Shown piece after piece: positions 1 through 11,233 of a stretch of 64,000 nt of DNA; within the stretch, counting starts at the first letter, position 1, and each line of letters opens with the position of its first letter. Below the pieces are notes generated by a model that saw only the letters and a list, made by a program, of their open reading frames with translations, had not been told where the DNA came from and made no database searches. Source of the stretch: Octopus sinensis (taxonomy: Eukaryota); contig NC_043000.1 in NCBI RefSeq assembly GCF_006345805.1, positions 40,362,001-40,426,000 of the forward strand, read 5' to 3'. A program made the position numbers and the translations under genes.

Positions 1-389
1 CTGCAGAGCTGTAAAAGATTATTGTCAGACTAAGAAATTTGGAAATAAAGCGTTTACTTCTTGTGGACAATACACCAGGTCATTTAGTTAATCTGCATGA
101 CTTAATAGATAATGTTCAGGTGGTTTTTCTACTGTCATGGAATGAGTTGAGAACCATTGGAGTTATCTGAATCATATGAGAAAGAAATAAAGACTTACGA
201 AATGCTTTTCAGTTTTTAGATATAGCTATGGTCATTTTCCCAGAAAAAATTATTCAGGAAGGGAGAAGGTGGTGAGCAAGCAGGTTGATAATGAATGTTA
301 CAAGAGATTATACAAGCAGAAGAAAAGACTGCACAACGATAAAATTAAGGAAATTAGTGTTTTAATGGATTCTTTTATTGTCTGATTTT

Positions 390-788
390 TTTTTACTTGT
401 TTCAGTCATTTGACCTAGGTCATGCTGGAGCACCGTCTTAAAGGGTTTTTATCGAAGAAATCGACCCCAGGACTTATTCTTTGTAAGCCTAGTACATATT
501 CTATCGGTCTCTTTTGCCGAACCACTAGGTTACGGGAAGGTAAACACACCGACATCGGTTGTCAAGCGATGGTGGCCAGACAAACATAGACACGAAGACA
601 AAAATAAATATACATACATATATACATGTACGACGGGTTTCTTTCGGTTTCCGTCTACCAAATCCATTCACAAGGTTTTTGTCGGACCTAAGCTATTGTA
701 GAAGACATTTGCACAAGGTGCCACGCAGTGGAACTGAACCCGGAACCATGGCGTTGAGAAGCAAGCTTCTTACTACACAGCCATGCCT
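390..788 (-). mobile_element. tRNA-derived SINE, family A (octopus OR-type/CORE-SINE-like), full length
   Basis: On the minus strand: head GGCATGGCTGTGTAGTAAG...GGTTCAGTTCC (A/B-box-like), internal microsatellite, 3' tail ...CCAGCATG...AGTCAAATGACTGAAACAAG. Homologous to 16199, 32451, 42899 and 62219 copies. Confidence 0.85.
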
Positions 789-864
789 TTTTTAAATATG
801 TGTGAAGCATATTCATGCATGCATGCATACGTATGTGTGTAGGAAAGATGCGTGTGAGCCAATG

Positions 865-1017
865 TTTCATTATTTAATATTGATTTCAAATTTTGGCACA
901 AATCTCAGCAATTTCGTGGAAGGGGATATGTTGATTGCATCGACCCTAGAGTTCAACTGGTACTAACTCTATCGACTCCAAAAGAATGAAAGGTAAAGTC
1001 GATCTCGGAGGAATTTG
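865..1017 (-). mobile_element. SINE family B (OK-like), 3' half
   Basis: Reverse complement aligns with 1130-1272 (GTCGACTTTGCCTTTCATCC...GGGGTCGAT...GTGCCAAAATTTGAAACCAATATT). Confidence 0.75.
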
Positions 1018-1047
1018 TTTTAGTGTTTAATATTAGAAATACTTTTA

Positions 1048-1272
1048 AGGCAGCGAGCTGGCAGAATCGTTAGCTCACCGGATGGAAATGCTTAGCAGCA
1101 TTTTATCCGTGTGTATGTTCTGGCTTTAAATGTCGCCAAGGTCAACTTTGCCTTTCATCCTCACGAGGTCGGTAAAATAAGTATCAGTTGAGCACTGGGG
1201 TTGATATAATCGAGTTATCCCATCGCCCGAAATTGCTGGTCTTGTGCCAAAATTTGAAACCAATATTATAAA
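1048..1272 (+). mobile_element. SINE family B (OK-like)
   Basis: Head GCGAGCTGGCAGAATCGTTAGC, body CTTTGCCTTTCATCC, tail GTGCCAAAATTTGAAACC; homologues at 7954, 20136, 25518, 37283. Confidence 0.8.
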
Positions 1273-1542
1273 TAGTTTGGGTCTATTAAGATCAGGCCTT
1301 TGTAACGATGAATATACGTAGAAACGTAAATCATCTTTAGGTAATTGAATCATGCCTTTGTAGCAATGAATGTACGTAGAAATTGAACCTATGGTAAGAG
1401 AGGTTCCGCTTTACGTCGTTTCATTGAAACGCACAGTTTCCGAGAAGCTTTCAATAACGTAACAACGTTAAGGCGGTGACTGACAATGAGCATGAATCAT
1501 GAATGTATATATCTAAGTGCATGTGTATGTATTGCACACGCA

Positions 1543-1543
<1 letters not shown>

Positions 1544-1600
<57 letters not shown>
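1544..1600. repeat. (CA)n microsatellite
   Basis: Direct reading. Confidence 0.95.
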
Positions 1601-1603
<3 letters not shown>

Positions 1604-2036
1604 GCTCATACATCCTCTCATCTTTATTATTGCCGTTTGCTTTGCACTAATCCCATCAAAAAGAGCAAACTTTCTCATTTTTAAACAGTTTGTTGTTTTC
1701 TATTCAAAGTAAAACAGAGTTCACAACTTTGATGCTCAATGCAATGAATACTTATGCAAATGAACCTTCTAAAGTTGACCTTCTCACTTCTAGGTTTGAC
1801 CTTTTTTTTAAGTCAGAGCAAGCTATATCAGTGATAATACAAAGCGCAACAGTTGATAGTTGACCTTTAACGCCTAAGTATGACGGTTTTGCTGATTTTA
1901 AGGGTTTACTATATGTTTGTCTCTGTGTGCCTGACATAATGCCTCGAAGTATGTTTATAGTAACGTATATTATATGTCTGTCCGTCTCTCTATCTGTCTG
2001 TCTGTCTGTTAGCTTAACTGCCTGCTTGCCAATCTG

Positions 2037-2627
<591 letters not shown>

Positions 2628-2768
2628 ATCTATCTATCTATTTTTCTATCTGCTCGTCTGATTGTCTGTCTATAAATCAGTCTCCCTCTGCAATGTATTT
2701 GCCTGTCTTTCTCTCTCTCCTTCTCACTCTCTCTCTATATATGTATGTATTTACGTATGTATATATGC

Positions 2769-2816
<48 letters not shown>

Positions 2817-2829
2817 TAATCCAAACGGG

Positions 2830-2960
2830 AAAACAGAAAAAAAACAACAACACGTGGAACAATTACAGTATTATTATTATTAGGCGCTCAGGAAAATGGA
2901 AGAAGGAGGGTATGACGTTTCGAGCGGAGCTCTTCGTCGGAAACATAGGAGAAAGAAAGA
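2830..2960 (-). mobile_element. Penelope-type terminal-repeat module, family H1
   Basis: Homologous to 31105-31230; carries a hammerhead-like motif. Confidence 0.55.
2910..2944 (-). ncRNA. Minimal type I hammerhead ribozyme-like motif (variant core CCGACGA)
   Basis: Minus strand: GUUU-CCGACGA-A-GAGC-UCC-GCUC-GAAA-CGUC-AUAC. Stem II GAGC/GCUC, palindromic ACGU stem III, GUC triplet, stem I 3 of 4 pairs. Confidence 0.5.
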
Positions 2961-3016
2961 TCCCGAGACGGGAGGACAGAGGAAAAAAAATTGCAGGTAG
3001 TCTTCACGAGGTCACG

Positions 3017-3034
3017 AGAGAGAGAGAGAGAGAG

Positions 3035-3098
<64 letters not shown>
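3017..3098. repeat. (GA)n(GATA)n compound microsatellite
   Basis: Direct reading. Confidence 0.95.
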
Positions 3099-3099
<1 letters not shown>

Positions 3100-3236
3100 C
3101 CTATATATATATATATATATAATATATATATACACACAAATATGTATATACATATGGATATATACATACATACATACATACATATATACATACCTATGTA
3201 TGTATGTATGTATGTATGTATGTGTGTGTGTGTATA

Positions 3237-3267
<31 letters not shown>

Positions 3268-3957
3268 CGTGGTCTGATCAATAAGTATCAGAACTGTTGC
3301 CATAGCAACAAAGCTAAAGCACGCAGAGTAAAGCTGCTTGGCAGAGATAGACTTTGAACGCACTAAGTTTTAGCGTTCTAGCTCACTTTCGCTGTTTACA
3401 GCAGTACTTGGAAAGAAGGCGTGTAGTGTGTGATCGTCGCTGAGAATCTGCATCATATTTGCCAATAGTTTGGCGATACATGCGTAGAGGCCTACGCAAA
3501 GTTTTCAAAAATGTTCATCGTTCTCGATACAATGAAGGAGATCTTGCGCAACTGAAACCTGAGTGTCGTTTTGGTCAGCTGAAAGCTGTTTTGGTACAAA
3601 CTTGCCAGACACGCGTCTCATACCCAAATCTTCAGAACGTTCTCGATATTGACATTTCTTTGGCCATCTTGGAAACATCTGAACCACTCGTACACTTGTG
3701 TGCGGCTCATATACTCCTCTCCATACATTTTCTGCAACTTTGCGTTGGCTTCTGAATAGGTATCGTCATGACAACTTTTTCTGTCATGGTCAATGCAACG
3801 ATCACAAGCTACACAACCTCCTTCCAAGCACTGTAAGTTAGAACGTTAAAACTAAATGCGCATGCACAGCAGTTCAAGGTCAATCCTTGCCAAGCGGCTT
3901 CACTCTGCGTGCTTTAGCTTCGTTACTATGCCAACAGTCAGATACTTATTGATCTCG
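3268..3957 (-). mobile_element. Internally deleted mariner transposon
   Basis: ~60-bp imperfect TIRs (GATCAATAAGTATC...AAGCTAAAGCACGCAGAGT), TA on both sides; minus-strand remnants KLQKMYGEEYMSRTQVYEWFRCF (HTH) and EDLGMRRVSGKFVPKQL. Confidence 0.85.
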
Positions 3958-3969
3958 TATGTATGTATA

Positions 3970-4007
<38 letters not shown>

Positions 4008-4297
4008 GTATATAATACATACATATATATATAATGCTTATATGTATGTATCATGTTTTCTTGTGTATAATTTTACCCATAGCTGACTGATGCAAAGCAT
4101 CGTTGATCTCGATAAAAGCCGATGTCTAATTTTCAAATTTCTATCAACAACGGTGTGTATAATACTCCCGACATCACCCGAAAATTAACTGAATTATTTA
4201 CATTTTTTCCAGAAGGATCAACACATGATAGGAACAAAGTACGTTTCCTGGAAGTATACGTGCACAAAAACACACACACACACACACACACAACACA

Positions 4298-4329
<32 letters not shown>

Positions 4330-5099
4330 TGTATGCATGTATTTATGTATGTATGTATGTATGTATGTATGTATGTATGAAATGTGTATATTTATTTCAA
4401 TGTTTGTATAACATGACTGGCTGTCGTCGCGTGACATACTGTTATATTTTCCTACATTACTGTATATAATACTTGGAAATATGATCATTCGCTATATTTT
4501 TGAGTTCTTTGTTGAAAGTTTAAACCTAACTGTCAATATCCCGAATGTAAGCGCACGCGTGTGGTTGTGTGTGTCTGTGTGTAGATAGATAGAGAGACAG
4601 TGATGAGGGAGAGAGAAGGGGGAGAGGGGAAGGGAGGGAGAGAGAAGGGGGAGAGGGGAAGGGAGGGAGAGAGAAAGAAAGGGTTTCCATGCAATGATAC
4701 TTCATTACTGATCATAATCCTGGTACTATCATGCACTGGTTGTGACGCTGGGATTACAATCAGGTCCTGTATATCCTGCCTACAATCTTTAAAGGCCTAA
4801 TAGCAAAATACCTGAAGGATTTAACTATAAGGGACTGGTATTATCAGCCTACTAGTTTTTTTTTTTTTTATCGTGGTCTTTCATGTGTTATTTGACATCA
4901 TTGTGATTGCCATTGGTATTTTCTTCGTACCAAAATTAATCCCGAGTGAAAATGATTGCTCGAAAGAGCTATTAGAAGCGTGTGTGATAGAGCTGTTACA
5001 AACAGTGATAGTTCTAAACACATCCATGTGTATATTCTATTTGTAATTCATTCATGCATTTTTGGAAAGAACATTGTTGTCTGTAACAGCTTCACTCTT

Positions 5100-6700
5100 A
5101 TCCTTTATGAAGTCATGCAGCGATTCTCCTTCGAGACCAGGTAGTTTGTGACATACCTACTTGCTGAGATACTTTCTTAAAGTCGAGATATATCACATTT
5201 GCATTTGATTAGTTGTGCAGCTTCTTCTCCTCTCTCTAATTATAACGTTGCAAAAGTTGTATGAGACAGCTTCGGAATCTACTCTGAGTGTTACTCAAAA
5301 TATGTTTTTGCTATCAAATATATGAAAAGGAATCTACTCTGAATGTCTAAGGCGTCGCTGATTTGTGAATTCAGAGATAGACAGGCCTGTTATTGTTAGC
5401 ATCTAATCAACTCCCTCCTTTACAGATAAAACAAATCCCTTTCTTCAACATTTTTGGGTAGCATACATGAAAATTTCGAAAAGTATCTGAAAGCATCTAA
5501 AATGATTGTGAATGAGCTTATAGTATGATTTCAAGAGACTTGTCAAGAGCCTATCAAGCTAAATTTGGACTTATTCTTTCATCTTCCTTTATATGATAGT
5601 AATTGATAGTTGTCACTTCCCATTTCAGACTTGTAATATTGAAAAATTCATTCAGCTTATTTATTTGCATGTTTCCCGTCAGTGTAGTGAAAATAAGTCT
5701 TGAATTATTCATTCAGTATTTCACAAACCCTAAAGGACTCTGTATTTAGTGCGCTATTTCATTGAAACAATGAAACTATGGCTTTGATTTTTATCCCCAG
5801 TTTGATAAGAAAATCCTTTTTAAAAGGGATATTTTTCGTTGCCAGTGATTTGTTCATTTAAACAAATTCAGATATATGTTCTTTGTTTCATCAGAATTCT
5901 TTTGTCCCTGAGAATTAACTTTTTGTGAATGTAGTCCTCACTCTCTCTCTGAGACAAATTTAACGCAAATAGCTTGCGTTATTAATATATATTACTTTAA
6001 TTTCATGATATTGTCATGCACAGAGGGAATTTAGGATCTTTTAGAAGATATTTTCAGTTGATTTCCCCTGAGCGTTGTGGAAATTCAGGCTGGATAACGC
6101 TTGAGTGTTCCTAATGAAATGTCGGGCTGCAGTTTATTTTGAAGCGCATTTCGTTAATTCTCAGTATTCATCTTATGGATAAGCTCCATGCTACTTTGGA
6201 AGCAGAAATCTTGGATGGTCTAGCCCGTGGTTAGGTAAGATCTTTAGTCTCACTGTGATATTCCTGATAGAATATGATTGATTCTTTGAGGTTGAAATTA
6301 AGGTGGCAACAGCGTCAAAGAGTGATTCAGTGTTCCAGTTTGAATAATACTCCTAACTTTCTGAGGTACTCCTCAAATTTTCTGTCATGACGAGCTACTT
6401 GATGGGAGATATACTGTACATATAACTATAAAGTATTGCTTTATATGTATCATTAGTGTCTTACAATCTGAATTTGTGTATACAAACAAAAACAAGGGCG
6501 TGATATCTTCACAAATGTACATTTTTGTACGGTTTCCATACGCAAACTTCTTGAAAGAAATATTGCAGAAATAATGTTGTAAACTAGCTGTCCCCTCTTT
6601 CCACCAACCATCATATGGAACAGCATTAATATTTGTAAAAATTGGGCTTCTGTTCAATTCAAATGCCCCTTCCTTGCTGATTTCAGTATACTGACATCAC
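5100..6700 (-). mobile_element. Heavily decayed CR1-group LINE ORF2 (APE to RT)
   Basis: Minus-strand motif remnants in the expected order: ICTVYLPSS (~6400, APE VYRPP-like), DANNNRPVYL (~5390, NYRPISL-like), ANVIYLDFKK (~5190, DVIYLDFxKAFD-like); many stops. Confidence 0.55.
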
Positions 6701-7953
6701 AAAGTCATGAACTTTGAACAAAACTGTTGTTAATTTTAGTGTTAACTTACTCTGGTTTCTCCTCAAGCCGAGTAGATAAATTTTAGTGTTAATATTTATA
6801 TTACTAAGTGTATTTTACGTGTAAATCTGTAAATGTTTGTTAGTTAACTTTGTTATTATGATTGTGCGCCATGAATCGAATGCTTACTGTTGCTACAGAA
6901 TACACGTGTGCTTATGTAAGTGCGAGTGCACGCGTACAAATACACACACACTTACATATATATTTACATGTATGTATATATAGAAAATAAGAAGAGGAAA
7001 ATAGGTGTGATATTCAAAGCTTAATAGGGCAAACACGGGTTTCATCAAAATGCCGGAATAATTGCATAGCAGTAGTAGAAACATTACATAATACCTCTAT
7101 TGTTATGTAATTATTTTAGCATGTCGCTGAAACGCGTGTATGTCCTATCAAGCTTTGAATACCATGTCTTTTTTCCGCTTATTATTATTTTTCTGTCATT
7201 TGGCTCGCATTCTGCACCCTCGCCTATCCTGAGTTTGATTCACCGTGCTATACTACACAGGTTTTTGGAGAGGAGCGTGGAACCCAATTTTGAGTTTGAT
7301 TTTGGTTGTGTGTCGCATTTTACTGAGGCTCCTTTTTATACATGTGTGTGTGTATGTGTGTGTGTCTCTAATCGGTGTTGTAGCTATATATCGCACCTGC
7401 AAGTTCAGGTAGTAGATATTGCTATGTGAAAATTATGACAGAGTACATGACATGTAAACCTACTTGTCTGCTCAACAACAAATCTCTCATTATCAGCATG
7501 AACTCCCTACATTTTTATCATCTTCCTCCACCCCACCCCCATTTTCATCTCTTCAAATTCATCATTATCATCATCATTAGTCTCAACAGTTTTTTCTTAT
7601 TGCGGCTGCTGACAACAGGTTTGACAACTGCAGTAGAATTAATATGCCCTCTTGATGTCATTTTGTGTCAGATAAAACTGTCAAACTGTCCACACTTCAC
7701 ACCCAACATTACCAGCTGTCAAACCGACCCCTGCACACTCTGATGTAGCTGGAAACAGAAGCTTGTTGTTAAATCATTAGTAGAATCGAAAATATACCAA
7801 TAAAGCGTAATTTGAAGAAAACCGTTCTGCTTCAATGACATTAGAAATTGGTTGTTTGGTTGGTTAAAATGTTATTTTGCTTTTCATTTTAAATCGTTAT
7901 AGCCTTAGTGTTCATGACGTTTTTTCTTTTATGTTATCGTTGTCGTTATTAAA

Positions 7954-8170
7954 GTGTGAGCTGGCAGAATCGTTAGCACGCCGGTTGAAATACTTATCGG
8001 CATCTTGTCTGTCTTTACGTTCTGGGTTCACATTCTACCGGAGTCATCTTTGCCTTTTATCCTTCCGAGGTCGATAAACTAAGTACCAATTGAGCACTGG
8101 GGTCGGTGTAATTGACTAGCCCCCTCTCCTAAAATGTAATGCCTTTTGTCTATAGTAGAAAGGATTATTA
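7954..8170 (+). mobile_element. SINE family B (OK-like)
   Basis: GAGCTGGCAGAATCGTTAGCACGCCGG head and GGGGTCG...CCCCTCTCC...TATAGTAGAAAGG tail. Confidence 0.8.
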
Positions 8171-8271
8171 TTGTTTTCGTTGTTGTTTTGTACTTTACTT
8201 CTTAATTTCATAACATTGTCATTCACAGAGGGAATTTAGGATCTTTTAGAAGATATTTTCAGTTGATTTCC

Positions 8272-8349
8272 AGTGACTTCTTCACCTGCACTTCTACCAA
8301 TGTCATCTACTGCATCTCCGCTCTCTCTCTCTCTCTCTATCCCTCTCTC

Positions 8350-8381
<32 letters not shown>

Positions 8382-8650
8382 TTTCTCTGCCCTTCTCTAT
8401 ACATCGGACAAACGGGACGCCGCTTGGCTGACTGGTTCGCGGAATACCTCCGAGACATCCGACTCGGCAATGACACCCCAGTCTCGTGCCATTTCCGCTT
8501 TACCGATCACTTTTTGTAACAGCTGTCTGTGTTCGGATAGTCCTTGCACAGGAGTCATCCGGACTCCCGTCTCCGCCGTGAACAAGGATTAATCTTCTCT
8601 CTTCGCTCCTTTGCGCCATATGGGCTCAACTCTCCTCCCCTCTTCATCAA
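8272..8650 (+). mobile_element. Penelope-like element, GIY-YIG endonuclease fragment interrupted by (CT)n
   Basis: Translates as DFFTCTSTNVIYCIS-[CT repeat]-LYIGQTGRRLADWFAEYLRDIRLGNDTPVSCHF...REQGLIFSLRSFAPYGLN, the typical PLE GIY-YIG C-terminus. Confidence 0.85.
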
Positions 8651-8940
8651 ACCTCCTCCCCTCTCCTCTCTCTCTCTCCTACTTCCTCCTACACACTTTC
8701 TCCGTCCCCCTCCATTCATCGTCACCCCTCCCTTGTAACCAACCCCATCTCTACCCCCACATCCCAACACCATCACACCGCACCACACACCGCTACACCA
8801 TACACTACCATACCACACAACACCATATCACATCACGTCACATCACACCACCACGCACACACTAACACTGACCACTTCCCAGTCCCATATCCACACACCT
8901 ACACATACATGCAAGTATATATATATATATATATATATAT

Positions 8941-10900
8941 AAAGGAAATTAAGAAAATGCTGACAAAATAATTTAAGTAAGGGAGAGTGTATTTAATTAG
9001 GTGAAAGTTCTTTTTACCGGTTGCGCATTTGTTATGCTTATCAAAAGATATTTTTTTAAGAGAGATAGAGTTCCTTTCTGATAGATTTTTTTTCTCTTAT
9101 CTGACTTTATGTTGGGTTTGCTGTCTCTTATATGTGAAAAAAGAGGCTCCAGAGTTGTTTAAGATTTGCTTGGTTTCGCGCCTAAAATTTCTTGTGGACA
9201 ATGGTCAATACAATTTTGATTGGTCATTATAAAGGGGTCACGTGAATGTTTGAATGGAAGTTGGTGTTGGGGTAAGAAAATAGGCTCCAGAGATGTTAAA
9301 ATTTGGCTAGTGTCGCGCCTAAAATTTCTTATTGGTCATAATAAAGAGGTCACGTGGATGTGGTCATAATAGAGAGGTCACGTGAATGTTTAGAATGAAT
9401 GTTGCTGTGGGTGGTGTATGGAGTTTTCGAAAATAGCGTTGTTGAAAATTCTTATTGTTCAGGCTGGTCAGTAGACGTCATGTGGATATTTTAAATAGCT
9501 TTTTAGCGCGTAGTTAAGGAGTGTATTTTCCGCTTGACTGAATTTGAGCTGGATAAGTAAGTTCGTTTAGGACAGGAAGAGCTTTATGTATGTATGTGTG
9601 CGCGCGCGCGTGTGTGTGTGTGTGTTTGTATGTATGTTGGGGCGCGCGCGCGTGTATATATGTGTGCGTGTGTGGGTACAATTTTCAATACTTATAGTTC
9701 TGCTGGCCTTGTACCTGTATCGGGAAGTAATGTGTTTGTGTGAAGTCAATATTTACAGACATTTCCAAAAAATAGTGTTGGATGTTTTGCACCCGTATCA
9801 AATTATGTGTATGTGTGGAACCATATATTTGCGTGTCATGGTGTTAATATCTGGGTAAAAGTGTGTGTAGGGTGTGTGCAGGTGTAAGTGTGTTTGTTGT
9901 AGGTTCGTGACACATCCCCCTAACATGAACCCACAACAGACACACTTACACCTGCACACACCCTACACACACTTTTACCCAGATATTAACACCATGAGAC
10001 ACGCAAATATATGGTTCCGCACATACACATAATTTGATACGGGTGCAAAACATCCAACACTATTTTTTGGAAATGACTGTAAATATTGACTTCACACAAA
10101 CACGTTGCTTCCCGATACAGGCACAAGGCCAGCAGAACTATAAATATTGAAAATTGTACCCACACACGCACACATATATACACGCGCGCGCGCCCCAACA
10201 TACATGTAAACACACACACACACACACACGCGCGCGCACACATACATACATAAAGCTCTTCCTGTCCTAAACGAACTTACTTATCCAGCTCAAATTCAGT
10301 CAAGCGGAAAATACACTCCTTAACTACGCGCTAAAAAGCTATTTAAAATATCCACATGACGTCTACTGACCAGCCTGAACAATAAGAATTTTCAACAACG
10401 CTATTTTCGAAAACTCCATACACCACCCACAGCAACATTCATTCTAAACATTCACGTGACCTCTCTATTATGACCACATCCACGTGACCTCTTTATTATG
10501 ACCAATAAGAAATTTTAGGCGCGACACTAGCCAAATTTTAACATCTCTGGAGCCTATTTTCTTACCCCAACACCAACTTCCATTCAAACATTCACGTGAC
10601 CCCTTTATAATGACCAATCAAAATTGTATTGACCATTGTCCACAAGAAATTTTAGGCGCGAAACCAAGCAAATCTTAAACAACTCTGGAGCCTCTTTTTT
10701 CACATATAAGAGACAGCAAACCCAACATAAAGTCAGATAAGAGAAAAAAAATCTGTCAGAAAGGAACTCTATCTCTCTGAAAAAAATATCTTTTGATAAG
10801 CATAACAAATGCGCAACCGGTAAAAAGAACTTTCACCTAATTAAATACACTCTCCCTTACTTAAATTATTTTGTCAGCATTTTCTTCATTTCCTTTTTTT
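8941..10900. repeat. Long inverted repeat / foldback-like element: arms 8941-9909 and 9924-10900, 14-nt spacer
   Basis: Manual alignment: about 15 substitutions and two 2-bp indels over ~970 bp; TA-repeat flanks on both sides; internal tandem modules. Confidence 0.95.
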
Positions 10901-10936
10901 ATATATCACAACTCGTGTTCCACATCTCCTTTTTTA

Positions 10937-10985
<49 letters not shown>

Positions 10986-11233
10986 ATATACATACTTGAG
11001 TAATTCTATGTGTATACATGTGTGATGACTCCTAGCGAACATTGAATATAAAAGAGATAACCATTTCTCATAATAGTTGGCAGGATTAGTATTTTAGAAG
11101 TGGAAAAGATGCACAGAATACACTAATTTATACGTTTTTGTTTTTGTTTGCGTGTGTGTGTGTGACAGATACACATCTCTGCTGTTAGTGTTGTTGTTGC
11201 TCTTGTAAATTCCTAGGTCAACCATTAATTCTA

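Noticed and set aside
1451-1712. ORFs made of HT, VC, YI, LSIY or CMYV repeats here and throughout the window (e.g. 14379-14782, 21269-21817, 35301-35789, 50669-51259, 54896-55450)
   Set aside because: They are translations of (CA)n, (TA)n, (TCTA)n and (TATG)n microsatellites, which lack stops in some frames.
9029-10808. Two near-identical 67-aa ORFs (9029-9232 plus, 10605-10808 minus)
   Set aside because: A by-product of the palindrome; TTG start, no domain and no splice evidence.
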